Shown: positions 28,111 to 40,685, numbered from the whole stretch's first letter. The stretch is 63,744 nucleotides of DNA, filler included, from Dugesia japonica (GCA_001938525.1; 6 parts of 6 records of this genome joined end to end with filler, not necessarily neighbours in it), one strand, 5' to 3'. Numbers and translations: made by a program. Notes: a model not told the origin generated them from the sequence alone.

Positions 28111-31100
28111 ATATTCTTTAGTATCTCAGTGCTTGCGTACGTGTATTCTTTTGAAACAGAAATACATTGCATGAAAATGAGACATTGAATATTGTCTATA
28201 ATTTTCCACGCAAATTATAAATTTTATCACCTCTCTTGAAGCATTCGTTTTTTAACTATAATAATTCCCTTTTTTATCAAAGGGATGATTGAAGAATAAA
28301 AAATAAAAACCAATAAACAACTAGTGGTAGTTTAATTTTTTAAATATTTCAACTGTATATTATTAATATCGCTTAATCGCAAAACTGACAGTACAATGAC
28401 TTAGTTATACAAATGTTTTGTTTGCATATCGATAGTGACGATTGGGGAGTCTAAAGAAATAAGTAACTAATGGTATGTAACTTGATTTTGGTGTCAGACC
28501 TAGATTGTAAAGATAAGACTTTTAAAAATTAAGACACCTGATAATTAACGTGTAAGGGGAACATCTCAGCGAAACACCACAGATCTGTTTCATCGGGATG
28601 TTCAATTATGCCATTAGAGAGGATGTGGGCTAAAAGTTGCTTCCTCCAAGCATTACTGTTAAAAGTTCTTATATTGTGTCAGTCAGAGTTTACATTGAGA
28701 ATAGTCTAATGTTGCCAGTGGCCCTCAGTAACGTTATTCTAGCAGCAGTATTAAAAGTAAAAGCCATGCTGGTTCCCTTGATTTTACTGAGAGGGGCGGC
28801 TCAATAGTCGATCGGCCAGATACGCATAACGATCATATCATCCTATTTATTAAAAATTAGAGCCACATACCATAATAATGATACACATATAGCGTGATAA
28901 TAATGCTAATAATAATGTTAATCAATATAATAATTCTAATGATAATATTAGGAATAATAATAATGAGATTACTAATAATATTAATAAATAATACTAATAA
29001 TTTTAACTTGGTGGAAAGTTTCATTATATTCACTCATAATATCACTACATCCATAATCACGGAGGTAATATATTGTCAGAAATTATTATATTTAATTGAA
29101 ATGATTCTACTATCTGAAATCACGACAGGTAATTATGTGAACTGCATCGTTCAAATTTAATGTATAGACCTGACATTTCCACACGGAATCTATTCTTAGT
29201 AATGCTATCAATCCCGTTTGACTCATGGATATTGGTCGTAATCATTTTAATGTTAACATTTAATAAAGTAATAATGTCGATAACAGAAGATAGATACTCG
29301 TACTTATTGTGGTGATCTTAAATCATGATATGGGTAAAAATCATATTCATCTCAGTGATTGCATTACCAATGTATGTGATGCCTATCGTCTAAATAAACG
29401 AATATCAATGCATGAGTCACCAGAGAGGGTTATTTCCATAATGGGCAGGACAATACAAACTACTGAAACACACGTCTCAATTGATCACTACTAATGTTGT
29501 TAACCAATTTGTTTAGTGATAGTGATGCCGATAATTCAGATAAGGATCGTACCTGTTGAATAACAATATTGATGTAGAACATTAACGGCGAACAGGTGTC
29601 ATGGTGATAGTGACACACCCAATAATGTGATTGCATCTCTCTTTATATTGCAAGTATTTTCACTGATGAATTATTGTGAGTATGTAGCACCTGAGGTGAT
29701 TCATAAATTGTCAGTGTCCGAAGTGAGGTGTGTATTCATTTAGATGGTAATTTTCTGGACTTGCTATGGCTTACGATCGATAGAGTGATATATATACTGT
29801 CGAAGTGAATTATCGGTGTTGTTACTTTATGTGTGATGCTACTCGGTTGCTGTTTGGAACAGAAGTTTTTGTTTGTTACTACTGTACAGGGTTCGTGAAT
29901 AGATAAGTACATTGATCACCTGACATTGGATACTGGCATTACACATTTTTAAACAATAGACAGTTTACATAGAAGAAATTTTTTATTAACGAACAATATA
30001 ACAATATGACACAAATAACCAAATNAAAATCACTACTCACTTCTTTATAATTATTTTCTGCAACGGGTTGAACAATTATTAATCGATTTCCACTGAATTA
30101 CGAGAGTCTACTATTTAGCTTTAATTAAATTCTGCTGTTTCACTGACTGGGAATTTTCTTCTACAATCACAGAGTTATTTCAACTAAAAATAATTGATGG
30201 TGATTTCTGTCTTACACTTTTCTCGTAGTAATATGTTGCTGACAGTTTTAACACAAATGTTTTCCACTGACAATTAATAGTACACGGTTTTAATAACTTT
30301 AATTCTCACAAATTTTGAGGGTGATATATTGATTTATTTTACTGGTATCCCACCAAATTGAGTTATTGTTTTATAACGTGATTGATATCGAGTAATATCA
30401 GTTTTTAAGTTGTTTTTTCTTCTAAAATTCAGGGGTTTTATATACCCTTTTCCGATGCATCTCGGCACAAATTTTATTGGCTGCTATTTTTAATTTGAAA
30501 TTCTTGTTCTTGATTGGTGTTTGTGCCAAATTTTAGATAATTTTGACAGTTTTGAGGATTTACATTGGTGGCTATTTTTCAGTCATCATGTGATCTGTTG
30601 TTCTTTGTTTTATTTTTATTTCTTGGACTGTTATTGGCCCATTTTTTTAAACCTTGTGGTGGTCTTTCTGATGGTGACAGGATTTTCTTATTTCGAAATC
30701 TTACTGCTTCTTAACCTTTTCTTTTCAGATTTTCTTGTTATGAGTCCGTGTGATTCTTCTGAGTGGAGTTATCCTTGAGAAACCAATTTTGGACTAATTT
30801 AAATTCATTTTTGTTCCAAAATAATTAATATTTTTTTCGATAATTAAATATTTTTCCAATAATCATTTTTCCTATTTTAATATTTATTTAATATTTTTCT
30901 TTAATCATTAGCACTGAAGAGGGTTAATTTAGTTTATCTACCGACTTGTATCCCTTTTTCTTTTTCAATTGTTATATTTTTAATCATTCGTAATTGTTTC
31001 AATTATTTTCTTATCGGGAAAAATATTGTACTTTTCGCTGCATTTACTTATTTTTAATTGACTTTCTTTACAACTCCTTTCTTCCTGATTTTACGTTCTC

Positions 31101-31150
31101 GGCCACCTGGGCCTTTTTCTTCTATATCATTCAGGTGTTTCACCCCAACA
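28111..31150 (-). mobile_element. TGTTGGGG-element copy 2 (5' ~3 kb, interrupted by copy 1)
   Basis: Begins TGTTGGGGTGAAACAC at 31150; TATATAAA at ~30440; donor A|GTGAGT at 30041/30040; 28550-28650 encodes LLAHILSNGIIEHPDETDLWCFAEMFPL, a paralog of 33760-33840. Confidence 0.7.
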
Positions 31151-31899
31151 TTATTATTATTATTTTTAGTGTTATTATAATTACTATTAACATTAGTAGC
31201 ATTATTATTATTACGATGATTATTATAGTTGCTATTATCATTATTAAGGTTACAAATATTGCCATACGATCATTANAAATATAATTAACGATGTTATTAT
31301 TGTTACGAATATTGTCAGTGTATGCGCCACTACTAATATCATAATTTGGCTTCTTGTTATAAGTGTTGGGGTAAAACGCCCGTTTAAAAAAGAAAAATAA
31401 GGCCAAGAAAACCCAAATCAACAAAAGAACGGCAGGACCATTACAGTTACCAATAATGAAATGCAGAAGATAAAGCGTGAANNNNNNNNNNNNNNNNNNN
31501 NNNNNNNNNNNNNNNNNNNNNNNNNNNNNNNATGCAGAAGATAAAGCGTGAAATAACCATTGGAAAAAGAACGAAATAAACTTGGAGATAGATACGAAGA
31601 ACCGGGTAACATAAAACTAAAATACATCAGTATTGGGAATTAAAAGAAATTATCCAATTCATAATAAAAATCAAGAAAATCATTAGGGGAGAATAATTAA
31701 TTAACAGAAAAAATATTAATTAATTTGGAAATAAGAAGAAGTAAAATTAGTCGAAAATCCGTTTTACCCGAAAACCTCCGTTCAGGAAAGTCAGAGAGAA
31801 TCCGGGTAAGAAAATCCAGAAAGAAAATCGTAAGAAGCATTAGAATTTGTTAAGAAGAAAATCCTACCACCATCCGGAAGGTTGNNNNNNNNNTTTCTT

Positions 31900-32383
31900 G
31901 ATCGGGCCAATAAGAAACCTAAAAATAAAAATAAAACAAAGACACAATTATCATGTGTCATTCCAAAAAAACCCACCAATTGCGGCTCCAAAACTCTGAA
32001 AATATTTTAGAGAATTGGTACTAGAGCCAATAGGAAGCCTAAAATTCCAGTTAAAAATAACCAGCGAATCTGTACAAGGTTGGAGTGTAAAGAAAATTCA
32101 TATATAAGGAATCATGAAATTAACAGAAAAGGTAGCATCCAAAATAAATTTTATTAAGCCTTTACAAGGAACACTGTTTAATATTCGTTATAATTCAAAA
32201 GAAGAAGCCCAGCAGAATTTTTACCGCAAANNNNNNNNNNNNNNNNNNNNNNNNNNTCAGTTATCGCGCATCGGAAAAACAGAAAGTATAACTCTCGTTA
32301 TCAACTGACCAGGAAAATAATTTCTTTGCCTCTTGTGGTTAACAACTGTTGCAGAAATTCCTATTGAAAATTCTACAGTAAGT
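31900..32383 (+). promoter_or_regulatory. Pol II promoter (three CCAAT boxes, TATA) and leader exon ending at a splice donor
   Basis: CCAAT at ~31906, 31976 and 32026; TATATAA at 32101; A|GTAAGT at 32377/32378; same layout in both minus-strand copies. Confidence 0.6.
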
Positions 32384-33688
32384 GTTTGTCATGTAATTTG
32401 GATTTAATATAAATTACAAGTTGAATGTGATGCATTTTTATATTTTAATTAATATTTTAATATACAATTACATTCAATAACATCTAAAATGTTTTTGTTT
32501 TCCAATTTGTAGTCGAACAAATGTATTTGGGTAGCATGATCCTGACCATACGATCTACAAATTAAAAGATCTGGTGAATTTAAGTCGATTTTATACATCA
32601 ATCATTTTTCCTGCTCCCAATAGAACATACATCATCAATAAATCAATAATGCATTCGTAGTGATAAATGATTTACAAAATAATAATAGGAATCGATGAAC
32701 CAGTTAGCAGAATAAGTTAGTTGCACATACACACCTACTAGTATTTAAACCCCAGTGTGTATTGCTAGCTGCTGACTTGTTTACTAATGCTAAGCAACCA
32801 CATTCGTTAATTTTTTTAAAAACTTAAAATTTGCCTAATTAAATAACTTTTATTATGTCGAAGAAATATAAGTTTGTTACACGGGAAAATGTGAAACTTC
32901 ATCGCCCTTCATAAATTATCTAAAGTGTGGTTGTTATTATATTCTTAAAATGATCAATATCTTTATTATTAGCATTATGAATCTTTGCGATTTCGATGAT
33001 AGCATTATGAATACTATTATTATTAATCGTGTTATTGCTATTATTATCCCTACTAGCCGTGATGGAAGTATCATTTTTAATATTACGATTCGTATGATTA
33101 TTATTCTTATTATTAACATTCTCACACCGATTATTCCACTTATTGCGCACAAAATCATTACCTTTACTCCTAGGAATCCTTATTACTAGTGTATCAATAT
33201 GGTTTAGACCCCAGAAAATGATCGACAATGTTAATTAATATTATTCAGGGGATTGTTGTCCTTGATTGTGATAAGTCTTCATATTACTAGTAAGGGACAG
33301 TGGTAACTATTCTTTGTAGCGGATTGAAATCACGGTTAATAATCGAGTTTATGACTGCTATGGTCAATAAATTTTTTTTGGCTGGCGTTATGATGACTAT
33401 TCCAAGCATTAAGATGAGATGAGTGGTGTCAGTATTATTATCATCAGTATTATATTTGCTTTTAGGGCCATGATTAACAATCGCTTTATGAACAGTCTTT
33501 TTTAAATGATATACTGTTAACAGTAATATTTCTTTCCATGGTCTCCTGAATGCCGCTAATGGGACCTCAGTGTGGAAAATAGCAGTACAGATCACACTGT
33601 TAGACATTCTTATTGCGTATTTTTTAGTCAGACTGAGAGAACCTCAATTCTAAATATAGACTTTTGGTATTTGTCATCTTTCTAGTTA

Positions 33689-33894
33689 ATGCCGGCAGAA
33701 CTGAACCATACCTTACAGTGGATCAGACAACAGCGACGGACCACTAGAATGAAACAATTAATAGCCCATCTATTGACTCGGGGTAGAATAGAGCATCCTG
33801 ACGAAACCGACCTTCAATGTTTCGCGAGATGTTTCCCCTAGTTGAACAAGATGATTTGGACAAAGAACGAGAAAACGAATGGCATAGTGCTTAA
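33689..33894 (+). pseudogene. Element ORF-0, small unknown protein with a 1-bp frameshift
   Basis: Acceptor ttctag then ATG; LIAHLLTRGRIEHPDETDLQCF(A)EMFPL is conserved in the minus-strand paralog. Confidence 0.6.
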
Positions 33895-34045
33895 CCTACG
33901 TCGGGTGAATCTTATCCCTCACGTCACCTTTAAACTAGTTGTGGTTGTATCATCCCTGGTGTTGTTATTTTCTTTAATCTATATAAATTGTCTTTAGTGT
34001 TATCTTAATAATCATTATAAAGAATTTTTTTGTTTTTCACGAGAA

Positions 34046-34396
34046 ATGGACTCAGTTTGGGAACAGACCATAGACCGCAGAACTCGCTGGGTGGTTTTTA
34101 GACGCCACCATAACCCGCATAATAGAGATGCCGGTATCTTGATGGATCAGTCTAACCTGGAACCGGTTGAGGCTACAGTGGCTCGTATCCAGAGCTTCGG
34201 CGAGAGGATACGATTCCAGCAGTGGAACGGGCCCGTACGCAACCATGCCACATCCTTTAACTACCAACCACCGGCTCCACCCCCTGCAGTACAGGCTTTT
34301 ATTTCTAATTTACTCTGGGGCGTGAGAGATCCCACCGGGGTAGTCGATACAGAGAATACCGCTCCCGTCAACGATATGGAAGGGGATTCACAATAA
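34046..34396 (+). CDS. Element ORF-A, 116 aa unknown protein
   Basis: Intact ORF after a polypyrimidine-AG, AATAAA overlapping the stop; paralog at 36201 shares W...DRR....F.R..NPHNR.AG.L.D..NL. Confidence 0.75.
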   Translation: MDSVWEQTIDRRTRWVVFRRHHNPHNRDAGILMDQSNLEPVEATVARIQSFGERIRFQQWNGPVRNHATSFNYQPPAPPPAVQAFISNLLWGVRDPTGVVDTENTAPVNDMEGDSQ

Positions 34397-34580
34397 AACC
34401 GTTATTTTGAGCAAAACGATAACTAAATCACTGTTTTCTTTAAAAATAAACGAGTCTAGTTAAAAGTTTTATTTATTTTTTTTTGTTGTTGTTTTATTTC
34501 TTTTTACGGTAATATCAGAATGTACGGTTGAGTGTTGAGTGTACCATTAATAACGCATAACGATTAATTACTATTTGTAG

Positions 34581-34939
34581 TGCATTTCTCTCTGAATCGT
34601 CTTTCAGCCCCGACTAAAAAGATGCGAGAAACTAGTGAGGACCAAGAGATGACTTGGGACCTCTACCGTCTTGCAAAGTGGCGGTGGGAAGCTGAGACGG
34701 CAACAGCTGAGGCTAAGGTCACATGCTATAAACGAAAATGTCTGGCTTTTAAAGCAGAAGTAGAAGCGACCCAGAACCAAGAGAGAATATGGAAATTACA
34801 AGTTGAATCCTTCACCGAAATCATTAAGTCGTATCAAGAGCGTGAGAATAAACTAGTAGGAAACATATTGAAATTGAGGACAGCTATACCTTTGACCCCA
34901 CTCATGGTCGATAAAGGAACACAGACCAACCGCTCCTGA
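34581..34939 (+). CDS. Element ORF-B, ~119 aa coiled-coil-like protein starting at AG|TG
   Basis: tttgtag|TG CAT TTC; AATAAA at 34969; decayed paralog at 36831-37180. Confidence 0.7.
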
Positions 34940-35060
34940 GTTATCATTATTGACCTTTGATTAACGTTAATAAATTGTCTTTATTTTGTATAAATTTTTC
35001 TTTGTTTTGTTTTCCGATCTTAAATTTAGAGTTTACCGACTTAACTATAATTTTCTTTAG

Positions 35061-35413
35061 TGCCACGGATTGTATTATCAACTAAACTGCAGAGATGCCA
35101 TCGTATCATGCACCGTCTGTTATTGGAACGGCACTTAAAACGTAAAACAGACCGGGCTCTTCTTAAACATTTGGCCCAGAGGGATAAATTGATAAAAACG
35201 TTGGATTTAATTGTAAAGAAACAGAGTGATTTAGCGTCCCAAACCAAGTCCCTGGAAGCAGAGACCAAACAACTGTTACAACGAAAAATAGAATTTCTGA
35301 AACAGTACATAGCCGACCTTTCCCGCCAGATAGGTAATCCAACTTGGGTCCAGTGGGACGATCATGATGACGTCGCCACCTTTAATTTTTCGTTAACGGA
35401 CCCAGCTCAGTGA
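35061..35413 (+). CDS. Element ORF-C, ~117 aa coiled-coil-like protein starting at AG|TG
   Basis: ttctttag|TG CCA CGG; AATAAA at 35455; paralog at 37298 (tgtag|TG CCG AGA). Confidence 0.7.
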
Positions 35414-35702
35414 TTAGATCCAGGAGCTTTGAATCTGTTGTAAATGTTTTATAAAATAAATAGCGTATCGTTAATGGTGTTTCTCTTCTAATAAATTAAA
35501 AAAGAAAATATATAAGGAAAATAATGAACCCGAATACAAAGGTTTGTGGGCGTGCACCTCCCATTAAGCGAGGGGTCAACCACCATAAGCTGAATACCTA
35601 ACCTGGGGGCGTTAGGTCAAATTCTTGAAAGGGTTCCCCTGAGGGCTGTTTTTCCCCAGCCACAAATATCTTCGTCCAACTCAGGTGGGACCCCAACATA
35701 AG

Positions 35703-37902
35703 TACGAATTAAGGCGAGCATGTTGCATTTAGAAGACGAGTTGACCTACAGTGAATATTTTCTATTTCCTCCTGCAGGCACACACTGTTCTCAGCTTTTA
35801 AATTTTTTAAATTATTATGTCAACGATAAACATTCTATTAACTAAGAAATAGATTTTTTCATGTCCGACATTTTAACAAGGACGCTAAAAATAATTCGGT
35901 AGGAGCGGAAACGTTCTCGAAAAAAAGCTATTAATCGGCCATTTATTCTTCCACGATGTTGTCCTGTATCCAGTCGAGTTAGATCTCTAATGCTTCAAGG
36001 AATTATATCCCTTTCCCTAGGAAGTTGACTTGGACATGGAACCATGACTACATTTTGGTGTTTCACTTTTGGTTTCTCTGTAAAATAAATAATCTCATAT
36101 TTATACTTCATTTCTCTTTTCATTAATGTGCATTGCTATAATTGCTGTCAAATCAATGAATAACTCATTTCGACTTATTAATTTTCTTTTAGATAAAAAA
36201 ATGGAACATAAGTGGGAAGTGCATTTAGACCGGCGTATCGGAAGATTAATATTCAAACGATATAAGAACCCCCATAACCGAAACGCTGGGGTGTTGGTAG
36301 ACCGTTTTAATCTGTCTTCAGAACAGGCCGAGGACGAGTGACAATGGGACGCCACCAAGCGTCGTGCTTTTTATGAATGGAATAGTCCCAATCGAGAACG
36401 AGAGGTATATCATTCCACTACGGCTTTTCCACCGGTTAACAGTGAAGAGCTTCGTACCACCAGTGAGTGACACGAAGGCCCTTCTGTGATTTCAGTTTCT
36501 ACCATTTTTCTCCAGATTGGGCGAATTCGTAAATAATACACTTTAAGAGATACGAAATAGGAGAATGGCGGTAGCGCAGAAAATTTGGTTTTAGGTGATA
36601 ATGACGAAACTATATAGCAATTCGTACCTCTTGATGACCACTTTTAGTGTTAATAAATTATTTTATTATTTTCAAGCATCTTTTGTTAACTCTCGATCTT
36701 AATCACAATAATTAAATGGTTTATCAAGCACTAAGTAATTGGTTATGATGAGGTTTCAACTTTAATGAAACCGACTAATTATTCATATTCTCATTGTTTA
36801 CATATAATATTTTAAATACATTTTTTCCTGTGCATTCTGCCCTAAATCGTTCTGTGGCTCCCACTAAAAAGGTGCGAGAAAAAAGTGAGGACATGGAAAT
36901 GACGTGGGATTATATCGTCTCGCGAAACGTCGATGAGAGGCAGACACAGTTACTGCCGAATGTAAGGTAAAAAGGTATAAAAGAAAATGCAAAGCGTTTT
37001 GCAAAGAAGCAGAGGCCTCCCATACCCAAGAGAGGCTTTGGAAAACTTAAATTAAATCATTAGATGAAATTATCCGGTCCCTTCATGACCGAGAAAATAA
37101 ACTGGTCGCAGATATTTTGGCGTTAGGGAAAGCCATGCCACTAGAACCACTAATGGTGGATAAATCCACACAAACTTCATGCCCTTAACTTGATGTTAAT
37201 CTTTTTGATAATGAAAATACATTGTTCCGTTATAACGGGCCATTCATGTTTTTTCAATTGAATGAGTTTTTTAGTTATTTAATTATTTCTTTTGTAGTGC
37301 CGAGAATCAGACTTCCTATCAGTTTACGTCGCTGCCACCGTCTTATTCAAAAATTAATACTTGAGCGTCATATCAAGAGACAAAACGCGCGCTACTACGA
37401 CACCTTTCCCAGCGCAATCGGTTAATTAAGAAGTTAGATGTCATAGTCAAAAAGCAAGGCGACTTGGCCAATCAAACAAAAAAAGTACTCCAGCACAAAA
37501 TCGAGTTTCTAGAGCAATACATTGTTGACCTTGCCAGTCGTCTCGAGCAAGAGACATGGACTCGCTGAAACAGCGAGAACGACGAAACCGCTTTCGGCTT
37601 CATCCCTGAAGAGCCAACCCAGTGGTTAGACCCGGGTGCTCTGGATTTTATGTATTCAATTGGAAATAAATTTTTAATTCTAGTACATTATTAATTCGTT
37701 TTTGATAAATTAAATTATAAGAAAAATAAGGAACCAGAAACTAAAGGTATATGAGTGTGTACTTCAAATAAATTATGGAAGTCAACCGCTCTATACTGAA
37801 AATCTAATTAGGGACATAAGATCAATTCTTGAAAGGGTCCCCTGAGGGCTGTTTTTTCCCCAGCAACACTTTTCTACATCTAACTCAGGTGGGACCCCAA
37901 CA
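35703..37902 (+). mobile_element. TGTTGGGG-element copy 4 (3' half; probable host of the complete copy, continuing at 31151-31363)
   Basis: Decayed ORF-A, B and C paralogs in the same order; same terminal hairpin and CCCCAACA end at 37902. Confidence 0.75.
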
Positions 37903-38313
37903 TTATTATTATAATGAAATCTGCCCCTGAGCCACCGTTCCTGAGAAGAAACCAAAAAATAACCGTTAAATTAAGCGGAAAGAATTTTTTTATTATGAAA
38001 TAAAGCGCTTGAATTGCACGATTAAAGCTAAAATATAGGTGCACGAGTTTTTATGATGCCTTCCTCGCTCTACCATGCACGACTGAAATGACAAGCACAA
38101 AATATTTTCGCTTATTATCACTATCAGTAGAAATATAATTTTATCTTTTACAGTAAATTTAATGATAATCTAACTTTGATAAAATTTATCTTATATTTTA
38201 TTCAGTCTTAATTTAAAATAAATTATCATTGAAAGTATGCTTCACAATTATTTAATCAATTTAATTTTATTATAATATTAAAACTGTTATTCGATTTTAT
38301 CGGAGTTCATTTT

Positions 38314-38660
38314 AGTAAATACTAGTAAGAATAAACACGCGAGTTAAATTATCCAGAGAGATCTTATTGAACGATCAATTGCGTTATCGGGCTGAGTTGA
38401 TCAAATTCCAGAAAGAGCTGCACGAAGCCCAGGAAGAAATTTTCAACTAAAGGGGAAAGTGAGATTGCTACGAAACTGGTTGAGTGGCAATAAGGTAAAG
38501 GAGCTGGCCCTCATGCACAATAATCGAATGTTGCTAGCTATTTCAAAAGTTGCGCAGAATGATAAATTTAGGTATTAGGAAATTTTCGACCACCTTGGCA
38601 GAATTATTAGAAGGATCCAGCCTAGAAGATCGTAACTATAACGGAAAGTGCCATCTAAAG
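38314..38660 (+). pseudogene. Decayed coiled-coil ORF of a related element
   Basis: After ttttag: ELIKFQKELHEAQEE..NKVKELALMHNNRMLL, similar to HKSRELALQQANRLIV at ~50950-51000 (-). Confidence 0.45.
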
Positions 38661-39342
38661 AGAAACTATTTAATTTCATATCCAACTGACTAAAATCGAG
38701 ACAATGTACACAATTACTTCATACAAATTAATGATTTTCAATATTTTTAAAATAATATGATAGTATAACTTTTAAGTTATTATCTGTTTATAATATATTC
38801 CAAGTCACATAAATTTTAGTTTGATCAGAATACAATTCTTAAGGTTTATGGTATATTTCAGTGCGCGTATGTTATTGAGCATTGAGAAACTATAATAACA
38901 ATTTATTTTACGTTTATGAAAAATTATTTTAAAGACTTGGAAAAACAAAATATGTTAACTTCAAATAATAATAATAAAAATTTATTTATCATTTTTCACT
39001 CTACAAATATATTTAAATAAATATATTTAAATTTAAAGCGAAAAACTATTTTTTTTAAAAATTGATAAAATGTAGTCTTCTTAAATTAAAATCATTATTT
39101 TTTTAGTATATTTTAATTCATATTTCGAATTTTAATTGTGTACATAATAAAAATATAATTAAAATATGTTAATCTTAACATTAAAATATTTTAATAAAAC
39201 GTTATTAAGTCAAATTTTTTTCTTAAAAGATATAGTTTTAAAATGCAATTCTAAAGCATTAATTTTTTTAAACTTATGTAAAGCTTGGAAAATTTAAAAT
39301 TGTTTAAAATTACTTATTTTTCAGATATTTTAAAGAATTATT

Positions 39343-39685
39343 ATGACCGATTTTATTGAAACTGGTAACGATACAATTGAAGATATATTTTTAAATCGTC
39401 TTCATACTGTCGATATAAAGAAATATGATTTATATCATTTTGAGGAATTCATGGTTGATGATAGGAAATTTTTATTTCGATTATCTACCAATAAAGATTT
39501 AATGACTGTTGTAACAACAATGAACCAAACTCATATTTTACTCGTTTCAGTTACAACCAACAATGATCACGAAGAAAAATTAAGGAAAATCCACAAATAT
39601 ATTTTACTCAAAGAAACTCAAGGTATAAATTAAGAATTTATAATTATTATGTTTATTTTCGTTATTAGGTTCTGGTGATTCTTGA
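39343..39685 (+). CDS. Small unknown host gene (exons 39343-39622 and 39669-39685)
   Basis: Open frame, a 46-nt GT-AG intron (same size as the RBCK1 short intron), a stop, and a downstream AATAAA. Confidence 0.5.
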
Positions 39686-39852
39686 TAAAAGTCTAAAATC
39701 AATGTAATTAAAATTGCAATGATACTTTGCATTTTGTATTTAATAAAAAGTCTTAATTTTGAAATTCTTAATTTCGTTATGAAGTTCTAGTTACATAATG
39801 TTTATGTAGAGAAATAAATAGTATAAATCGATGGAATTGTTTTTAATTAAAA

Positions 39853-39952
39853 NNNNNNNNNNNNNNNNNNNNNNNNNNNNNNNNNNNNNNNNNNNNTTAA
39901 TTAATTAANNNNNNNNNNNNNNNNNNNNNNNNNNNNNNNNNNNNNNNNNNNN
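39853..39952. other. Artificial scaffold linker
   Basis: N44-TTAATTAATTAA-N44. Confidence 0.97.
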
Positions 39953-40685
39953 TGGAGGAGTCAGAGGCTCCTGGATTTGTAGGGATATAGCTCGGTCCTT
40001 TATTTAATAATTCAATTTGTTTGCTAATAAATGTATATTCTGTTAAATTTTGGAACGGAAGAACTGTTGTATTTTCACTATCATCTGAGTGTAGAATTGT
40101 TTTCATTTTAATTTTTTCTTCTGTTTTAGATTTTTCAGAAAGAAGAGTTCTTAATTTCTTTTCAACAAACAAAAGAAATTAAGAACTCTTCTTTCTGAAT
40201 AAACTAAAACAGAAGAAAAAATAAAAATGAAAACAATTCTACACTTCACAGAAAGAAACATGAACAAATTTTAATTAAAGAAGATAAACCTCAAATTNNN
40301 NNNNNNNNNNNNNNNNNNNNNNNNNNNNNNNNNNNNNNNNNNNNNNNTTTCTAAATGATTCTTCATCTTCTTTTTTTAGAGGAAATGGTAGTGGTTTATT
40401 TCCCTTCAGATAATTGAGTTCACTATAGAGTTTTTTACGAAGAAGAGTTAACCATTGAAAGCTCTGACGTTTAGATAGTTCTTCGGATTGATTACATTGA
40501 AAGGTATTCTTGAGTTTGTTTTTAGTACTCAAACCAAAAGGTATTAGTTCTCTTCTTTTACATTCACTTATAAATTTGATGATTTTGAATTTTGTAAATT
40601 TTCATTGCATTGAATAAATCAAAAAGTCCACGGTTGATGGCGCTTGCCATAAGAATTTTATAATTACAATTATTGTGAGAAAAAT
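39953..40685 (-). mobile_element. Penelope-like element 5' ORF region, preceded by the dispersed pLTR repeat
   Basis: ATG at ~40650; FISECKRRELIPFGL and NLTEYTFISKQIELLNKGPSYIP are typical PLE N-terminal motifs; the pLTR repeat abuts the ATG. Confidence 0.7.

Larger units (their letters stand above)
31364..35698 (+). mobile_element. Complete 4335-bp unclassified element (giant solo LTR or non-autonomous integrase-mobilised element) carrying spliced cargo ORFs
   Basis: 8-bp terminal inverted repeats TGTTGGGG/CCCCAACA; TAAG direct repeat on both sides (31360-31363, 35699-35702); no PBS, PPT or transposase visible. Confidence 0.8.

Noticed and set aside
28894-33228. Ile/Asn-rich ORFs (28894, 30994, 31140, 32920-33228)
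   Set aside because: Decayed ATT-rich low-complexity DNA open in several frames; treated as non-coding, though a hydrophobic ORF cannot be excluded.
34580-35062. Spliced-leader trans-splicing with an ATG-ending leader as the start of ORF-B/C
   Set aside because: A full ATG added at these acceptors would be out of frame; only a phase-1 upstream exon fits.
40089-40243. ~73-bp inverted duplication inside the PLE ORF
   Set aside because: A fold-back copy of adjacent coding sequence near gaps; could be an amplification or assembly artefact, so no function is claimed.
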